A DNA stretch of 64,000 nt, taken from assembly GCA_965223905.1 (NCBI GenBank), contig CBDCXV010000010.1:1696001-1760000 (forward strand), read 5' to 3'. Positions 58,610-64,000 of this stretch are shown in pieces. Source of the DNA: Candidatus Latescibacterota bacterium. Lineage in GTDB: Bacteria > Latescibacterota > UBA2968 > UBA8231. Numbering within the stretch: position 1 is the stretch's first letter; the number at the start of each line of letters is the position of its first letter. The notes beneath the pieces are model-generated. The model worked only from the letters and a program-made list of their open reading frames with translations, searched no databases and was not told where the DNA came from. A program made the translations under genes and the position numbers.

Positions 58610-59428
58610 TCAGCGCGCCCCGCACGCTTTCAGGCAGGCGTTCAGGTAGCCGCGGCTCTCCGCGGCGATCGCCGACACGTGCGCGAGGTCGTACTCCCCG
58701 GCGCCGATCACCTCGAGATTGACGGCGACGTCGATCGCGGACTCGTGCAGGACGCGGATGTACCCGAACAGGTCGATCCCGCCGCGGCCGCATGCCTGCT
58801 CCTCCGGAGGGCCGGGCGGGCCTCCGGTCCCCTTGAGATCCTCGCGGCAGTCGCGGATATGGACGTGGGCAACCCGCGATATCACCGCTTCCAGGGCTTC
58901 CACCGGGTTCTCGCCCGGAGCGGCGCGGTAGATGTGGCTGGGGTCCATGTCGACGCCGAACGAAGGCGAGGCTATCCGCCCCATCGCCCGCAGCGTCGTC
59001 GGGGTGTCGTGGATGCTCTGGCCGACGTGCGCCTTGGCGCAGAGGACGACGCCGTACTCGGCGGCCTTGTCCGCCATCTTCCGCAGCTGTCCGACCTGGC
59101 GCTCGAAATCCTCCTCGACGCCGCCCCTGCCCCCGGGGCCGACGTTGACCACCGGGATGCCGAGCTCGCGGCCGGCCTCGTACGCCTTGACCAGCCTCTC
59201 CTCGTCGAGTGAGGCGACCTCCATCGCCAGCAGCTCGAGCCCGTATCGCTGCGCCAGCTCCCGTATGACGGCGGTTTGCGCCCCGTAGTTGTCGAGGTCG
59301 AGGTGCTCGCACATCCCCCCGATAGCGGCCAGCTCGACGCCGTCGTACCCGGCGCGCGCGATCTGCTCCATTGCGGTCGCCAGGTCGAAGCCGGCGAAGA
59401 GGACGGTATTCGCTCCGAGTTTGATCAT
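58610..59428 (-). CDS. Sugar phosphate isomerase/epimerase (AP endonuclease 2 TIM barrel)
   Basis: 'AGYDGVEL', 'DMDPSH', 'HVHIRD', 'G.G.ID', 'NLEV'. Confidence 0.88.
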   Translation of the reverse strand: MIKLGANTVLFAGFDLATAMEQIARAGYDGVELAAIGGMCEHLDLDNYGAQTAVIRELAQRYGLELLAMEVASLDEERLVKAYEAGRELGIPVVNVGPGGRGGVEEDFERQVGQLRKMADKAAEYGVVLCAKAHVGQSIHDTPTTLRAMGRIASPSFGVDMDPSHIYRAAPGENPVEALEAVISRVAHVHIRDCREDLKGTGGPPGPPEEQACGRGGIDLFGYIRVLHESAIDVAVNLEVIGAGEYDLAHVSAIAAESRGYLNACLKACGAR

Positions 59429-59727
59429 CCGTTGTTTCCCTGCTCCGTTACGGGTTGAATGCGTGGGGGGAGGCGGCTGCCCCGGCGTCGGCAGATCCGG
59501 CCGCGGCGGCGAACCGGCAGCAGCCGCCCCGGAGTTGAAAGTTGTGCCATTTCAGCCCCGGAGCGCCAGCAGAAGGAGCGAGGTTCCCCTTCCAGTCGGC
59601 CCCGGGAACCACGGCCGTCCCCTTCTTGCACCCTCACACCCGTGTCGTAGTTTCAGCGGTTCACCTTTTTTGAAGGCCGGCCCGCGTTCCGCGCTGATCC
59701 CCCCCCTCCGGCCGCCACCTTCGGCTC

Positions 59728-64000
<4,273 letters not shown>

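Overview
High-GC (about 65-70%) bacterial chromosomal segment. FlgD/T9SS-like C-terminal secreted proteins, a double-length UvrA and a Bacteroidota-style short RpoD suggest an FCB-superphylum organism such as Latescibacterota/Gemmatimonadota (inference only). After tRNA-Glu(CTC), a hicAB pair and a GH4 glycosidase lies a defence island (about 3.7-18.1 kb) with three parts. (1) An sspABCD-type DNA phosphorothioation operon whose sspB nickase is a triple-lesion pseudogene; it ends in a sulfur-binding-domain/HNH nuclease instead of sspE and has a tandem NrdR-box-like pair over its promoter. (2) A bacterial ubiquitination-like (Bub-type) module: Cys-less E2-like gene, JAB-E1/ThiF fusion and a divergent XRE-ImmA/IrrE + PIN pair, with no Ubl gene seen. 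(3) A 4-kb low-GC, transposase-less cassette with a target duplication, inserted exactly at the E2/JAB-E1 junction; its end supplies a new in-frame ATG, and it carries a HEPN-like gene plus tandem beta-propeller genes with a 'PATWGxxK' C-terminal motif. The rest is mostly metabolic/housekeeping (GcvT-family, PQQ dehydrogenases, orphan DNA MTase, Prx6, ABC-2 exporter, CRTAC1-like protein, MFS-HEAT, sigma-70 with a sigma-54 promoter, selB, Sua5/YciO, sppA, thpR, double uvrA). Many deletion scars and frameshifts are visible, particularly in toxin/defence genes. All calls come from motif recognition by eye; no database search was run.
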